A stretch of DNA of 64,000 nucleotides from Micrococcales bacterium (GTDB lineage Bacteria; Actinomycetota; Actinomycetes; Actinomycetales; WQXJ01), in the NCBI GenBank assembly GCA_009784895.1, contig WQXJ01000001.1, forward strand, positions 12,479 to 76,478, written 5' to 3'. This document shows, piece after piece, positions 18,435 to 27,517 of the stretch (positions are counted from its first letter, which is position 1; each line of letters opens with the position of its first letter). The translations under genes and the position numbers were made by a program. Under the pieces are notes generated by a model. The model was not told the DNA's origin. It saw only the letters and a program-made list of their open reading frames with translations, and made no database searches.

Positions 18435-18446
18435 CGTATACGGTGG
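18431..18446. promoter_or_regulatory. perfect 16-bp palindrome at the pafBC/DUF3866 divergent junction
   Basis: CCACCGTATACGGTGG. It contains both maximal GTG starts (18434 minus, 18443 plus). Confidence 0.4.
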
Positions 18447-19684
18447 TCAGCGTGATCGAGCCGATTCAGTGGACGGAGGGTCGAGTCGTGGGCATCGAGG
18501 CAGAGCGTCCCGGCGTCCAGGAGTTGACCTGCCAAGTTGGTGGCCAACTGGTGCCGGCCTTGGCCTACACCGATCTGGTTGGACAGCTGCGACCTGAAGA
18601 TCAGGTCTACCTCAACTGCCGGGCGTTGGAGCTGGGTCTGGGAACGGGTGGTCAGGCCTTTGTCCTCACCCCCCCACTCCCCCACCTGGGCCCAGCCAAA
18701 ACCAAACCCAGCGACCGGGTAGCAACTCTGCCTGGCCAAACTAAGGCTGAGATGACTGCCGAAGACTCTGGCTATTTGGTCAAGGCCCGCTATACGCCCC
18801 TCCAAGTGGTGGCCAAAGGCGTCGATTCGCCGTTTTCGCCCCATCATGGCGTACTGCAAGTGGCGCAGGGTCTGGACCAGATGCCGGTAGTGACGGCTGA
18901 TCTCCACTCTTCGCTACCGGCAATTTGCGCCGGGCTTTGGGATGGCCACCCGGCGCCACGCATTGCCTATGTCATGACCGATGGCGCCGCCCTACCGCTG
19001 GCCTTGTCCCGGGCTGTTGACCAACTGCGCCACTTTGGGCTCATCGATTCTGTCATTACCGCAGGTCAAGCCTTTGGCGGCGACTACGAGGCGGTTTCTG
19101 TCCACTCCGCCCTACTGGCCGCCCGCCACGTCGTTGAGGCGGATGTGGCGGTAGTTATTCAAGGGCCGGGCAATCTCGGTTCGGACACACCTTGGGGTTT
19201 TTCCGGTTTGGCGGCCGGTGAGGCCATCAACGCGGCCGGCATTCTGGGCGGACGCCCGGTCGGTTGCCTCAGGCTGTCTGGGGCGGACAGGCGTCAACGG
19301 CATCAGGGTTTGTCCCATCACTCGACCACGGCCTACGGGCAGGTCGCCTTGATGCCGGCGGATTTGGTCTTGCCTGAACTGACCGGTGAGCTGGCCCAAT
19401 TGGGTCACTCGGTCGAGGCCGCCCTGGCGGATCTGGTGGCGCCACGAGGCCGTCACCGGATGGTCAGGATTCCTACTGACGGGCTGATGGCCGCTATGCG
19501 CGCCCTGGCCGATGCCGGCATCGGCTTCAACACGATGGGGCGCAGCCTCGACCAAGACCCGGCGGCCTTCCTGGCGGCGGCGGCAGCCGGCCGCTACCTA
19601 GCTGGGCTGTGCCGGCGCCAAGACCTCGCCCAACCACTCGACCCAGCCGAGCGGTGTGGTGGCTCTGCCGGCCTCGACCGCTAG
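18443..19684 (+). CDS. conserved hypothetical protein (DUF3866-like from memory); start could be GTG 18452
   Basis: 413-codon ORF with clean coding character (..YLVKARYTPLQV..IAYVMTDGAALP..VITAGQAFGGD..). The family assignment is from recollection only. Confidence 0.55.
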   Translation: MVSVIEPIQWTEGRVVGIEAERPGVQELTCQVGGQLVPALAYTDLVGQLRPEDQVYLNCRALELGLGTGGQAFVLTPPLPHLGPAKTKPSDRVATLPGQTKAEMTAEDSGYLVKARYTPLQVVAKGVDSPFSPHHGVLQVAQGLDQMPVVTADLHSSLPAICAGLWDGHPAPRIAYVMTDGAALPLALSRAVDQLRHFGLIDSVITAGQAFGGDYEAVSVHSALLAARHVVEADVAVVIQGPGNLGSDTPWGFSGLAAGEAINAAGILGGRPVGCLRLSGADRRQRHQGLSHHSTTAYGQVALMPADLVLPELTGELAQLGHSVEAALADLVAPRGRHRMVRIPTDGLMAAMRALADAGIGFNTMGRSLDQDPAAFLAAAAAGRYLAGLCRRQDLAQPLDPAERCGGSAGLDR

Positions 19685-19694
19685 GCTCTAGCTT

Positions 19695-19958
19695 GTGAAG
19701 ACCTTTGACCAGCTATATCAGCAGTTGCTCGAACGGGAAAAGCTGCGTCCAGCCACCTCTGAGTCAGCCCGGCTGCTGGATGCGGGCGTACATCAAATCG
19801 GCAAAAAGCTGGTTGAAGAGGCTGCTGAGGCCTGGATGGCGGCCGAGTATGAAAGCGACGAACAGGTCGCCCTTGAGGTCTCCCAGCTGCTCTACTACGC
19901 CCAGCTGCTCCTGGTGGCCCGGTCGGTACCGATGACAATGGTCTTTGAGAGGCTCTAA
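19695..19958 (+). CDS. hisE: phosphoribosyl-ATP pyrophosphatase
   Basis: MKTFDQLYQQLLER..IGKKLVEEAAEAWMAAEYES..EVSQLLYYAQLLLV. Abuts hisG. Confidence 0.9.
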   Translation: MKTFDQLYQQLLEREKLRPATSESARLLDAGVHQIGKKLVEEAAEAWMAAEYESDEQVALEVSQLLYYAQLLLVARSVPMTMVFERL

Positions 19959-20807
19959 ATGCTACGACTAGCCATCCCCAACAAGGGCTCACTATCAGAA
20001 CCGGCCGTCGCCATCCTCAAAGCGGCCGGTTACGCCCAACGGCGCGAAAGCCGCGAATTGGTCTTAGTCGACCCGACAGCCGGGGTCGAATTCTTCTATC
20101 TTCGACCTCGCGACGTGGCGGTCTATGTTGGCGCTGGCACAGTCGATGCCGGCATCACCGGCCGGGACCTGCTTATGGATTCTGGGGCGGCCGCCACTGA
20201 GGCGCTGGCCTTGGGCTTTGGCGACTCGACTTTCCGTTTCGCCGCACCGCCGGGCCTAATTGACCAGGTCGAGCAACTCCAAGGCCAGCGGGTGGCCACC
20301 GCCTATCCCGGGTTAGTATCCGGCTATCTGAAGAACCGGCGTATTGACGCCGCCGTAGTTCGCCTCGACGGGGCTGTTGAAAGCGCCATCCAACTGGGTG
20401 TGGCCGATGCCGTGGCAGATGTCGTTTCGACCGGCACAACACTTAGGGCTGCCGGGTTGACGGTCTTTGGCGAATCGATTTTGGATTCCGAGGCCATCCT
20501 GATTAGGCGCCAGGCGGCGCTGAGCCAACCAGACACCTTTGAGGTCCTACTTAGGCGTTTACAGGGTGTGTTGGTGGCCCGCAGATATGTCCTAATGGAC
20601 TATGACGTGCCGATTGACCAGGTCGAACGGGCGGTTTCGATCACACCCGGGCTGGAATCGCCAACCGTCTCGCCGCTGCACGACAAACAGTGGGTGGCGG
20701 TTAGGGCAATGGTTCCGGCCAACGCCACCAATGAGCTGATGGATCGCCTCTATCAGGTTGGCGCCCGGGCCATTCTTATCACCAAGATCTTGGCCTGCCG
20801 CCTGTAG
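19959..20807 (+). CDS. hisG: ATP phosphoribosyltransferase (long form)
   Basis: MLRLAIPNKGSLSEPAVAILKAAGY and DVVSTGTTLRAAGL. Confidence 0.95.
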   Translation: MLRLAIPNKGSLSEPAVAILKAAGYAQRRESRELVLVDPTAGVEFFYLRPRDVAVYVGAGTVDAGITGRDLLMDSGAAATEALALGFGDSTFRFAAPPGLIDQVEQLQGQRVATAYPGLVSGYLKNRRIDAAVVRLDGAVESAIQLGVADAVADVVSTGTTLRAAGLTVFGESILDSEAILIRRQAALSQPDTFEVLLRRLQGVLVARRYVLMDYDVPIDQVERAVSITPGLESPTVSPLHDKQWVAVRAMVPANATNELMDRLYQVGARAILITKILACRL

Positions 20808-20846
20808 GGGGTTCACCGCGTTGCGCCGCCGGCGCTTCCAAACCCC
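20807..20846. terminator. hairpin between convergent hisG and ribH
   Basis: ggggtt...aacccc encloses the palindrome gcgccg-c-cggcgc. Confidence 0.3.
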
Positions 20847-20848
20847 GC

Positions 20849-21331
20849 CTAGCCTGCCAGTTGCCGCAGCACCAGGGCCGTTTGCAAGGCCGCGGTGGCA
20901 GCTTCACCACCTTTGTCTTCGCGTGAATGCGGCAACCCGGCCCGGTCGATGGCCTGTTCGGCATCGTCGACGGTCAGGACGCCAAAACCGACGGCTTTAC
21001 CGGTGGTCAAAGCGACCTGAGTTAGGCCCTCGGTGGCGGCCCGGCAGACGTACTCGAAGTGCGGCGTCTCGCCTTGGATGACCACGCCCAGGGCCACAGC
21101 GGCATCGGCCCCGGCCTGCAACGCCCTTAGCGTCGCCACCGGCAGCTCGAAGGCACCGGGCACCCGGATAACCTCGACCTCGGCTCCGGAGCGGTCGAGC
21201 GCGGCCAGCGCGCCAGCCAGAAGCCCCTCAGCCACCTCAGCGTGCCACTGCGCTGCCACCACCACCAGGCGCAAACCCTGGCCACAGCCGGGTTCAACGG
21301 TAATGCCAGGAACACCCGCCCCACCGCTCAT
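20849..21331 (-). CDS. ribH: 6,7-dimethyl-8-ribityllumazine synthase
   Basis: VVAAQWHAEV, RVPGAFELP and GVVIQGETPHFEYVC. Confidence 0.95.
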   Translation of the reverse strand: MSGGAGVPGITVEPGCGQGLRLVVVAAQWHAEVAEGLLAGALAALDRSGAEVEVIRVPGAFELPVATLRALQAGADAAVALGVVIQGETPHFEYVCRAATEGLTQVALTTGKAVGFGVLTVDDAEQAIDRAGLPHSREDKGGEAATAALQTALVLRQLAG

Positions 21332-22635
21332 GTTGCTGTCATCTCCTTAATTAATTGGGCCGTCAGTCGGTGGCCCATTTGCTTGGCCTTGGTCCGTAGG
21401 TAGTCAACATTGTGGCTGTTGAGGCCAGCCACAATCGGTTCGACAGTCTCAACAACCGTGCCGTGGGCCCGCAGGCCTTCAACTTTGGCTGGGTTGTTGG
21501 TTAGCAGCCGGATCTGATCGAGGCCTAGGTCCTTCAAAATGGCCGCCGCCGCACCGTATTCGCGTCGATCTGCTGGCCAGCCAAGTTCAAGGTTGGCCTG
21601 AACCGTATCGAGCCCGGAGTCTTGCAGGGCGTAGGCGTCGATTTTGGCCCTCAGGCCAATGCCCCGGCCCTCGTGGCCGGTCAAGTAGACCACGGCCCCG
21701 CCTTGTTCAGCCACCATCGCCATGGCCCGGGCCAGCTGTGGGCCGCAGTCGCAGCGCTGCGAGCCGAAAGCATCACCGGTCAGGCATTCTGAGTGGACCC
21801 GGACCAGGTTGCCAGGGCGGTCTGGTGGCACCAGGGCGACATGCTCGGCGCCACTGACTTGGTCGCGGTAGCCAATCAAGTCGAAATCGCCGTGGGCGGT
21901 GGGCAGGGCTGCCTGGTTGGTGCGCACTACGCGGGCTTCGGCGCTCAGACCGCTGCCTGGTGGGTTTTGGCTGAGGCCGATGCCGCCAGGCCGGCTTTGA
22001 TCTGAAAGGTCCGGCGCAAAGTCGCCGTGGGCGCGGCGCCAAGCCACTAGGTCGGCAATGGTAATGACTATCAGGCCCTCTTGGGCGGCCAAACGGGCGG
22101 CCTCGGGTAGGCGCATCATGGCTCCGTCGTCCCGAACCAGCTCGGCAATGGCGGCCACCGGCGGGACTGAGGCCAGGCGGCAAAGATCGACGGCCGCCTC
22201 GGTGTGGCCACCTCGGTGCAAAACGCCACCGGGTACTGCCCTTAGCGGCAGGACGTGGCCCGGACGGATAAGCTCGCCCGGCCCGGCTTTTGGATCAGCC
22301 AAGACCCGCAGCGTGGTGGCCCGGTCGCCGGCCGAAATGCCCGTCGTCACTCCATTGGCGGCGTCCACGGTGACCGTGTAGGCCGTGCGGCGCGGATCTT
22401 GGGAGTTAGGCACCATCAAGGGAAGGGCTAAGGCATCAGCCCTCCCCGCCGTCATCGGGGCGCAAAGATAACCCGAAGAGTGGCGAATGATCCAGGCAAT
22501 CCAGTCTTCGGAAACGTCCTGAGCAGCGATTATGGCGTCGGCCTCGTTTTCGCGATCAGAGGCATCAGCAACTAGGACCGGCCGGCCGGCTTTGATCTCG
22601 TCAAGGGCCTGCTCAATAGTCCCGGTAGTGATCAT
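21328..22635 (-). CDS. ribBA: bifunctional DHBP synthase / GTP cyclohydrolase II
   Basis: DRENEADAI and HSECLTGDAFGSQRCDCGPQL. Has 4-nt overlaps with both neighbours. Confidence 0.95.
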   Translation of the reverse strand: MITTGTIEQALDEIKAGRPVLVADASDRENEADAIIAAQDVSEDWIAWIIRHSSGYLCAPMTAGRADALALPLMVPNSQDPRRTAYTVTVDAANGVTTGISAGDRATTLRVLADPKAGPGELIRPGHVLPLRAVPGGVLHRGGHTEAAVDLCRLASVPPVAAIAELVRDDGAMMRLPEAARLAAQEGLIVITIADLVAWRRAHGDFAPDLSDQSRPGGIGLSQNPPGSGLSAEARVVRTNQAALPTAHGDFDLIGYRDQVSGAEHVALVPPDRPGNLVRVHSECLTGDAFGSQRCDCGPQLARAMAMVAEQGGAVVYLTGHEGRGIGLRAKIDAYALQDSGLDTVQANLELGWPADRREYGAAAAILKDLGLDQIRLLTNNPAKVEGLRAHGTVVETVEPIVAGLNSHNVDYLRTKAKQMGHRLTAQLIKEMTAT

Positions 22636-23237
22636 TGAGTCAGCCGCTCGACGTATTTGGCGATAACGTCCATTTCGAGGTTGACCCGGTCACCTGGCAG
22701 CAAAAGGCCCAGGCTGGTTTGACGCAATGTTGTCGGAATCAGTGAGACTCCAAAACTGCCCCTGTCCTGGCCCGGCCCAGCGTCGACCACGTCGGTAATG
22801 GTCAGCGAGACACCGTCAACGCTGATCGAACCTTTACGAGCGGCGTAGCGCGCCAGCGCCAGCGGCAACTCGAACACGAAATCATCCCAGTCCTTGGCTT
22901 CAGTCCGGCTAGTCAGCTGGCTGGTGCCGTCAACGTGCCCTAGAACAATATGGCCGCCCAGGCGCCCATTGGCCGGTAGTGCCCGCTCCAGGTTGACCCT
23001 TGACCCGGCGCGCATGTCGCCAAGGGTGGTGTGGCGCAGGGTCTCGGCCATGACGTCGGCCGCGAAACGGTCATCCTCCAGCTCCGAGACGGTTAGGCAA
23101 ACCCCGGACACGGCGATCGAATCGCCCAGGCCGGCGCCTTGCAGAACCCCGGGTCCTTGGACCTCGAGCCGGGCGCCAGAGCCAGCCGTGTCAAAGCGCG
23201 TCACAGTGCCCATTTCTTCAACCAGTCCGGTAAACAT
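22632..23237 (-). CDS. ribE: riboflavin synthase
   Basis: MFTGLVEEMG at the internal ATG 23237, plus two repeats of the lumazine-binding pattern. Confidence 0.9.
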   Translation of the reverse strand: MFTGLVEEMGTVTRFDTAGSGARLEVQGPGVLQGAGLGDSIAVSGVCLTVSELEDDRFAADVMAETLRHTTLGDMRAGSRVNLERALPANGRLGGHIVLGHVDGTSQLTSRTEAKDWDDFVFELPLALARYAARKGSISVDGVSLTITDVVDAGPGQDRGSFGVSLIPTTLRQTSLGLLLPGDRVNLEMDVIAKYVERLTQ

Positions 23238-23247
23238 CTTGCCCTTT

Positions 23248-24270
23248 CTAGTCCTCAAGCCTTCTGGCTTCGATCAGGACATCCGAGCCCAGCTGCGTGA
23301 CTTGGTGTGTGGCCAAGCGCCAAGCTTGGCTCAGGCTGGTCACACTGGGTTGTACTACGGCCGGACGCCCATTGCCCAAGACTACCGGCGCCAGATAGGC
23401 CATTACCCGGTCGACCAGCCCGGCCGAAAGCCAGGCTCCAGCCACAGTTGCGCCGCCTTCGATCAGAAGGTGGCGGATCTGTCGCGGCGCTAGCTCCTGC
23501 AAAACGTCGTTTGGGTCATGGCTCGCCACCTGGATGGTCTCACCGCCAGGCCCCAAGATGGCCGCCTCGGGCCAAATTGGTCGATGCCCCATGACCAGAC
23601 GCAGTGGCTGATGGCGCGCCAGCGCACCATCTGGATCCCGAGCGCTTAGAGCCGGGTCGTCTGCCCTCAGCGTGCCACTGCCAATTAGGATGGCACCGAC
23701 CTGGGCCCTGAGGCCATGGCCATGAAGTCGAGCTTGACGACCGGTGATCCACTGCGAGGTGCCATCCGGCGCGGCGATGCGACCGTCCAGGCTGGCCGCG
23801 ATTTTGAGTGTGACAAAAGGTCGCCCGGTGGAAACCGAATGCCACCAGGCCAAATTCAGCTCCCGCGCCCTGGCCTGGGCCGCGATTGGGGCCAGCTCCA
23901 CCGCCACGCCGTGACTGCGCAGATGGTCCGCCCCGCCGGCAGCGTCTGGGTTTGACTCGGCCATGGCCATAACCACCCGCCGGATCCCGGCTTGGACCAA
24001 AGCCGGCGCGCACGGTCCAACCCGGCCCTGGTGGGCGCATGGCTCCAATGTGACGACCAGGGTTGCCCCTTTGGGGCTCAAACCGGCCTGCTTGACGGCA
24101 TCAAGCGCGGCCGTCTCGGCGTGTTGGGTGCCAGCCCCAGCGTGGAAGCCCTGCCCCAGCAACTGCCCGTCATTGGACACGATGACACAGCCAACTAGCG
24201 GATTGGGCCCCTCAGGGCGGCCCTGGGCCGCCAGTTCGAAGGTCCGGTCGAGGGCTTGGTCGAGGTTCAT
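23248..24270 (-). CDS. ribD: bifunctional riboflavin deaminase/reductase
   Basis: HAETAAL and LEPCAHQGRVGPC. The preferred ATG at 24270 (MNLDQALD) lies 4 nt after the rpe stop. The track start at 24360 overlaps rpe. Confidence 0.9.
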   Translation of the reverse strand: MNLDQALDRTFELAAQGRPEGPNPLVGCVIVSNDGQLLGQGFHAGAGTQHAETAALDAVKQAGLSPKGATLVVTLEPCAHQGRVGPCAPALVQAGIRRVVMAMAESNPDAAGGADHLRSHGVAVELAPIAAQARARELNLAWWHSVSTGRPFVTLKIAASLDGRIAAPDGTSQWITGRQARLHGHGLRAQVGAILIGSGTLRADDPALSARDPDGALARHQPLRLVMGHRPIWPEAAILGPGGETIQVASHDPNDVLQELAPRQIRHLLIEGGATVAGAWLSAGLVDRVMAYLAPVVLGNGRPAVVQPSVTSLSQAWRLATHQVTQLGSDVLIEARRLED

Positions 24271-24274
24271 ACCC

Positions 24275-25003
24275 TCACCGAAAGGCCAGGCTCGGCGGCG
24301 GGCCTGGCCTAGGGCCGGGTTTGGGGTGGTTGTTGACTGGTCGGGGTTTGGGACCGTCAACTGCCCTGCGCAAGGCGCTCACCTCACCGGCCGGGTCCTC
24401 GGCCCCGAAGACGGCCGCCCCGGCCACGACTATATCCGCCCCGGCGGCGACTATTCGGGCCATGCGTTGGCGGTTGGCGCCGCCGTCAAGTTCAACCGAA
24501 ACCGGGTGGTTGGCTTGGGCGGCCAAGGCCCGGGCTTGGGTCAGTTTGTCAATTGAGCGTTCGATGAAATCCTGCCCGGCAAAACCAGGTTCAACGCCCA
24601 TCACCAGGATGACGTCGATTTCGTCGATCAAGTCTTCGAGCCAAGCCACTGGTGTACCGGGATTGATGGCCAGACCCACTTTGACACCGGCCTGGTGCAA
24701 ATGGTTGGCCAGGCGAACTGGCCCCGTAGCAGCTTCGAGATGGAAAGTCACCATTTCAACCCCTGGCAGGGCGAAGTCAAGGGCCCAGCGATCCGGTTCG
24801 CTAATCATCAGATGCACATCAAGTGGCAATGGGCTGACCTGTCCCAGCCGCTCGACCACAGGCTGTCCCATGGTCAAGTTGGGCACAAAAACTCCGTCCA
24901 TGACATCAACGTGGATCAGGTCAGCCGTAGCCACCCGGCCCATCTCAGCTGTCAGGTTGGACAGATCCGCGGCCAGGATTGAAGGCGCAATCCGAATCGA
25001 CAT
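24275..25003 (-). CDS. rpe: ribulose-phosphate 3-epimerase
   Basis: MSIRIAPSILAADLSNL and HVDVMDGVFVPN. The track start at 25177 is over-extended into rsmB. Confidence 0.9.
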   Translation of the reverse strand: MSIRIAPSILAADLSNLTAEMGRVATADLIHVDVMDGVFVPNLTMGQPVVERLGQVSPLPLDVHLMISEPDRWALDFALPGVEMVTFHLEAATGPVRLANHLHQAGVKVGLAINPGTPVAWLEDLIDEIDVILVMGVEPGFAGQDFIERSIDKLTQARALAAQANHPVSVELDGGANRQRMARIVAAGADIVVAGAAVFGAEDPAGEVSALRRAVDGPKPRPVNNHPKPGPRPGPPPSLAFR

Positions 25004-25013
25004 ATCAGGTAGC

Positions 25014-26567
25014 CTAGTCGCCCACTTTGCGCAGCAGGGCCAGGAACATGGCGTCGGTGCCGTGCTGGTCGGTCCACAACTGCGCCATTCCATCGCTTTG
25101 AACTGCACCGGTAGCGGCCAGCTGAGGCACCTGAGCCAGGTCAACAACTTCGACGCCCTGGCTTGACTCGAGCACATCGGAGATGACGTGGCGGGTCTCA
25201 GCCAGGTGGGGCGAACAAGTGGCGTAGAGCGTCAATCCGCCCGTTTTGGTGGCGCCGATGCCGGCCCGCAAAAGCTGGCGTTGGAGCGGGCGCAGACTGC
25301 CCAGATCCTGCGGTTGGTGGCGCCAGCGGGCTTCTGGCCGCCGGCTCAAGGCGCCAAGACCGGTACACGGCACATCGACCAACACCCGGTCGTAGGAGCC
25401 TGTCAGGTCGCGGCCATCCAGCTGAGTAACCTGGCAAACGGTCTCGAACTGTCGAAGAGCCTGTTTCACCAGGTCGGCCCGGTGGCCTTGGGGTTCGTTG
25501 GCGGTCAAAAGAGGTGTCAGGCCGGGCTTTTGGCTTTGCGCCAGCAGACCGGCCAGGAAGGCTGCCTTGCCGCCCGGTCCGGCGCAGAGGTCAAGCCACT
25601 GGCCTTGATCGCTGGCCAGGGGGGCTTGAGCCAGGGCCCAGGCGACCAGCTGTGAGCCTTCATCTTGGACAGCGGCCTGTCCGTGTCGAATTGCCGGCAG
25701 GTCACCTGGGGCGCCGCGAGACATGGTCAAGGCGGTTGGCAAATACCGGCCGGGTTGGGCCGCCCGGCCAGTTTTTTGTTCAATCTGCTCTGCTAGTTGT
25801 TCTGGGCTAATCAGAGTTGGCCTGGCCACCAGGGTGGTGGCGGTGTGCTCATTGCCAGCTGCCAGTACTCCCGCCAGATCGCCTGGTTGACGGCCCGAAC
25901 CGATTAGGGCTTGGCGCAGGGCTCTGACCACCCACTCGGGGTAGGACAGGCGCAAGGCTAGATGTTCAACCGAACCATCGTCAGGCGCAATGGCAGCCAA
26001 AACTGCCTCGTAGCCCTGCTCGGTTACGGCCCGGAGAATGGCGTTGACGAAATTGGCCGGACCAATGCCAATGGCCTCACAGGCCACGGCCACAGTGGCC
26101 GCCACGGCGGCATGATCTGGCACGCGCATATTGGCGATCTGGTGAACTCCAAGACGCAGGCAGTCCCTCACTTCAGGGTCAATCCGGGCCCGGCCAGCCA
26201 CTTGATCTATGACGGCGTCATAGGAGCCGCGCAGGCGGGTGGTGCCGTAAGCCAATTCGGTCGCAAAGGCAGCGTCCCGGCCCCAGATGTCCCGCTGTCT
26301 CAGCGTTTTGGGTAGCCAAAGGTTGGCGTAGGCGCCTTGGTCGACTGCCCGCAGCAGGTCAAAGGCGACGCGGCGGGGCGCATCGGCGGCGCGTTGGCGT
26401 TGCGATGGCGCCTGTTTTGACCGGGCCCTAACTTGGTCGCCGCCCCACTGCCGGACCTGCCCGCGGGCGCCAGGTCGTGACTCAAATCGCCGCGACGGGC
26501 CTTGGTGGCGCCGGTTTGATCCCTGGCTGCCCGGCGGCTGGGAGCCAGGCTGGTTTGAGCCGCTCAC
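25014..26567 (-). CDS. rsmB: 16S rRNA m5C methyltransferase RsmB/Fmu
   Basis: NusB-like N-terminal domain plus DLCAGPGGKA and VLVDVPCTGLGALSRRPE. Confidence 0.9.
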   Translation of the reverse strand: MSGSNQPGSQPPGSQGSNRRHQGPSRRFESRPGARGQVRQWGGDQVRARSKQAPSQRQRAADAPRRVAFDLLRAVDQGAYANLWLPKTLRQRDIWGRDAAFATELAYGTTRLRGSYDAVIDQVAGRARIDPEVRDCLRLGVHQIANMRVPDHAAVAATVAVACEAIGIGPANFVNAILRAVTEQGYEAVLAAIAPDDGSVEHLALRLSYPEWVVRALRQALIGSGRQPGDLAGVLAAGNEHTATTLVARPTLISPEQLAEQIEQKTGRAAQPGRYLPTALTMSRGAPGDLPAIRHGQAAVQDEGSQLVAWALAQAPLASDQGQWLDLCAGPGGKAAFLAGLLAQSQKPGLTPLLTANEPQGHRADLVKQALRQFETVCQVTQLDGRDLTGSYDRVLVDVPCTGLGALSRRPEARWRHQPQDLGSLRPLQRQLLRAGIGATKTGGLTLYATCSPHLAETRHVISDVLESSQGVEVVDLAQVPQLAATGAVQSDGMAQLWTDQHGTDAMFLALLRKVGD

Positions 26568-27508
26568 AGCCTGTCTCCGCTGCTAAGACGCTGACCGCGA
26601 GCCCAATCAGCCGCCGGCATGGGCCGCTTTCCGGCCGGTTTGACGCGGTCGAGCTGGACGGCGGCATCGGCCGTGCCAATCCAGACTTCATGTTTGGTGA
26701 CGTCCAATTGGCCTGGTTCAAGCGCCAAGTCGACTCGCTTGGCCAAGCGGTCTCCCAAAGACGCCAGTGGACCCAAGCCCAGTCGTTGTCCCTGGTGCTC
26801 AGACCAAGCTCCTGGGGCCGGCGTGCAGGCCCGAATCTGCCGGTCGAGGGCCTGGGCCGGCCGGTTCCAGTTGACTCGAGCGTCGTCAGGGGTCAGTTTG
26901 TGGGCGTAGCTGACCTCCGCGGCCGCCTGGGCTTGGGGCCGGGCCGAACCATTGGCAACAGCGGCCAAGGTGTCGACCAGCAAGCGAACCCCATCGTGGG
27001 CCAGGGTTTGCAGTACCTCGCCAGCGGTGCCCCTGAGTGGTAGGCGGTAGGTCAGGTGGCCATAGACCGGTCCGGCGTCAAGTTCGTGAACAAGCTGGAA
27101 GGTTGTGGCGCCGCCAATGTCATCGCCACGCTCAATGGCCCGCTGGACCGGCGCCGCCCCACGCCAGGCCGGCAGCAACGAGAAATGCAAATTGATCCAG
27201 CCGTGTCGCGGAATTGTCAGAGCCTGATCGGGAATCATGGCGCCGTAGGCCACCACCGCAATGGCGTCCAGCTGGAGCGCTTTGAGCCGCGCCAGCAGAG
27301 CCGGATCGCTTGGCCTGGCCGGGCGCTGCAGATCCAGCCCCAGTTCAAGAGCCGTTTTTGACACCGGGCTGGGTTCGGTCGCCCGGCCCCGGCCAGTTGG
27401 CGCATCTGGTCGCGAAATCACCACCAGCAACTCCAGGCCAGGCTGGGCCGCCAGTGCCCGAAGCGATGGCACGGCCACTTCTGGGGTGCCGGCAAAGCCA
27501 ATCCTCAC
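26564..27508 (-). CDS. fmt: methionyl-tRNA formyltransferase
   Basis: MRIGFAGTPEVAVPSL and INLHFSLLPAWRGAAPVQ. Confidence 0.95.
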   Translation of the reverse strand: MRIGFAGTPEVAVPSLRALAAQPGLELLVVISRPDAPTGRGRATEPSPVSKTALELGLDLQRPARPSDPALLARLKALQLDAIAVVAYGAMIPDQALTIPRHGWINLHFSLLPAWRGAAPVQRAIERGDDIGGATTFQLVHELDAGPVYGHLTYRLPLRGTAGEVLQTLAHDGVRLLVDTLAAVANGSARPQAQAAAEVSYAHKLTPDDARVNWNRPAQALDRQIRACTPAPGAWSEHQGQRLGLGPLASLGDRLAKRVDLALEPGQLDVTKHEVWIGTADAAVQLDRVKPAGKRPMPAADWARGQRLSSGDRL

Positions 27509-27517
27509 ATGCGAAGG

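Noticed and set aside
24271-24360. FMN riboswitch or leader in front of ribD
   Set aside because: The region is the 3' end of rpe, and only 4 nt separate the rpe stop from the best ribD start. No FMN-element features were seen.
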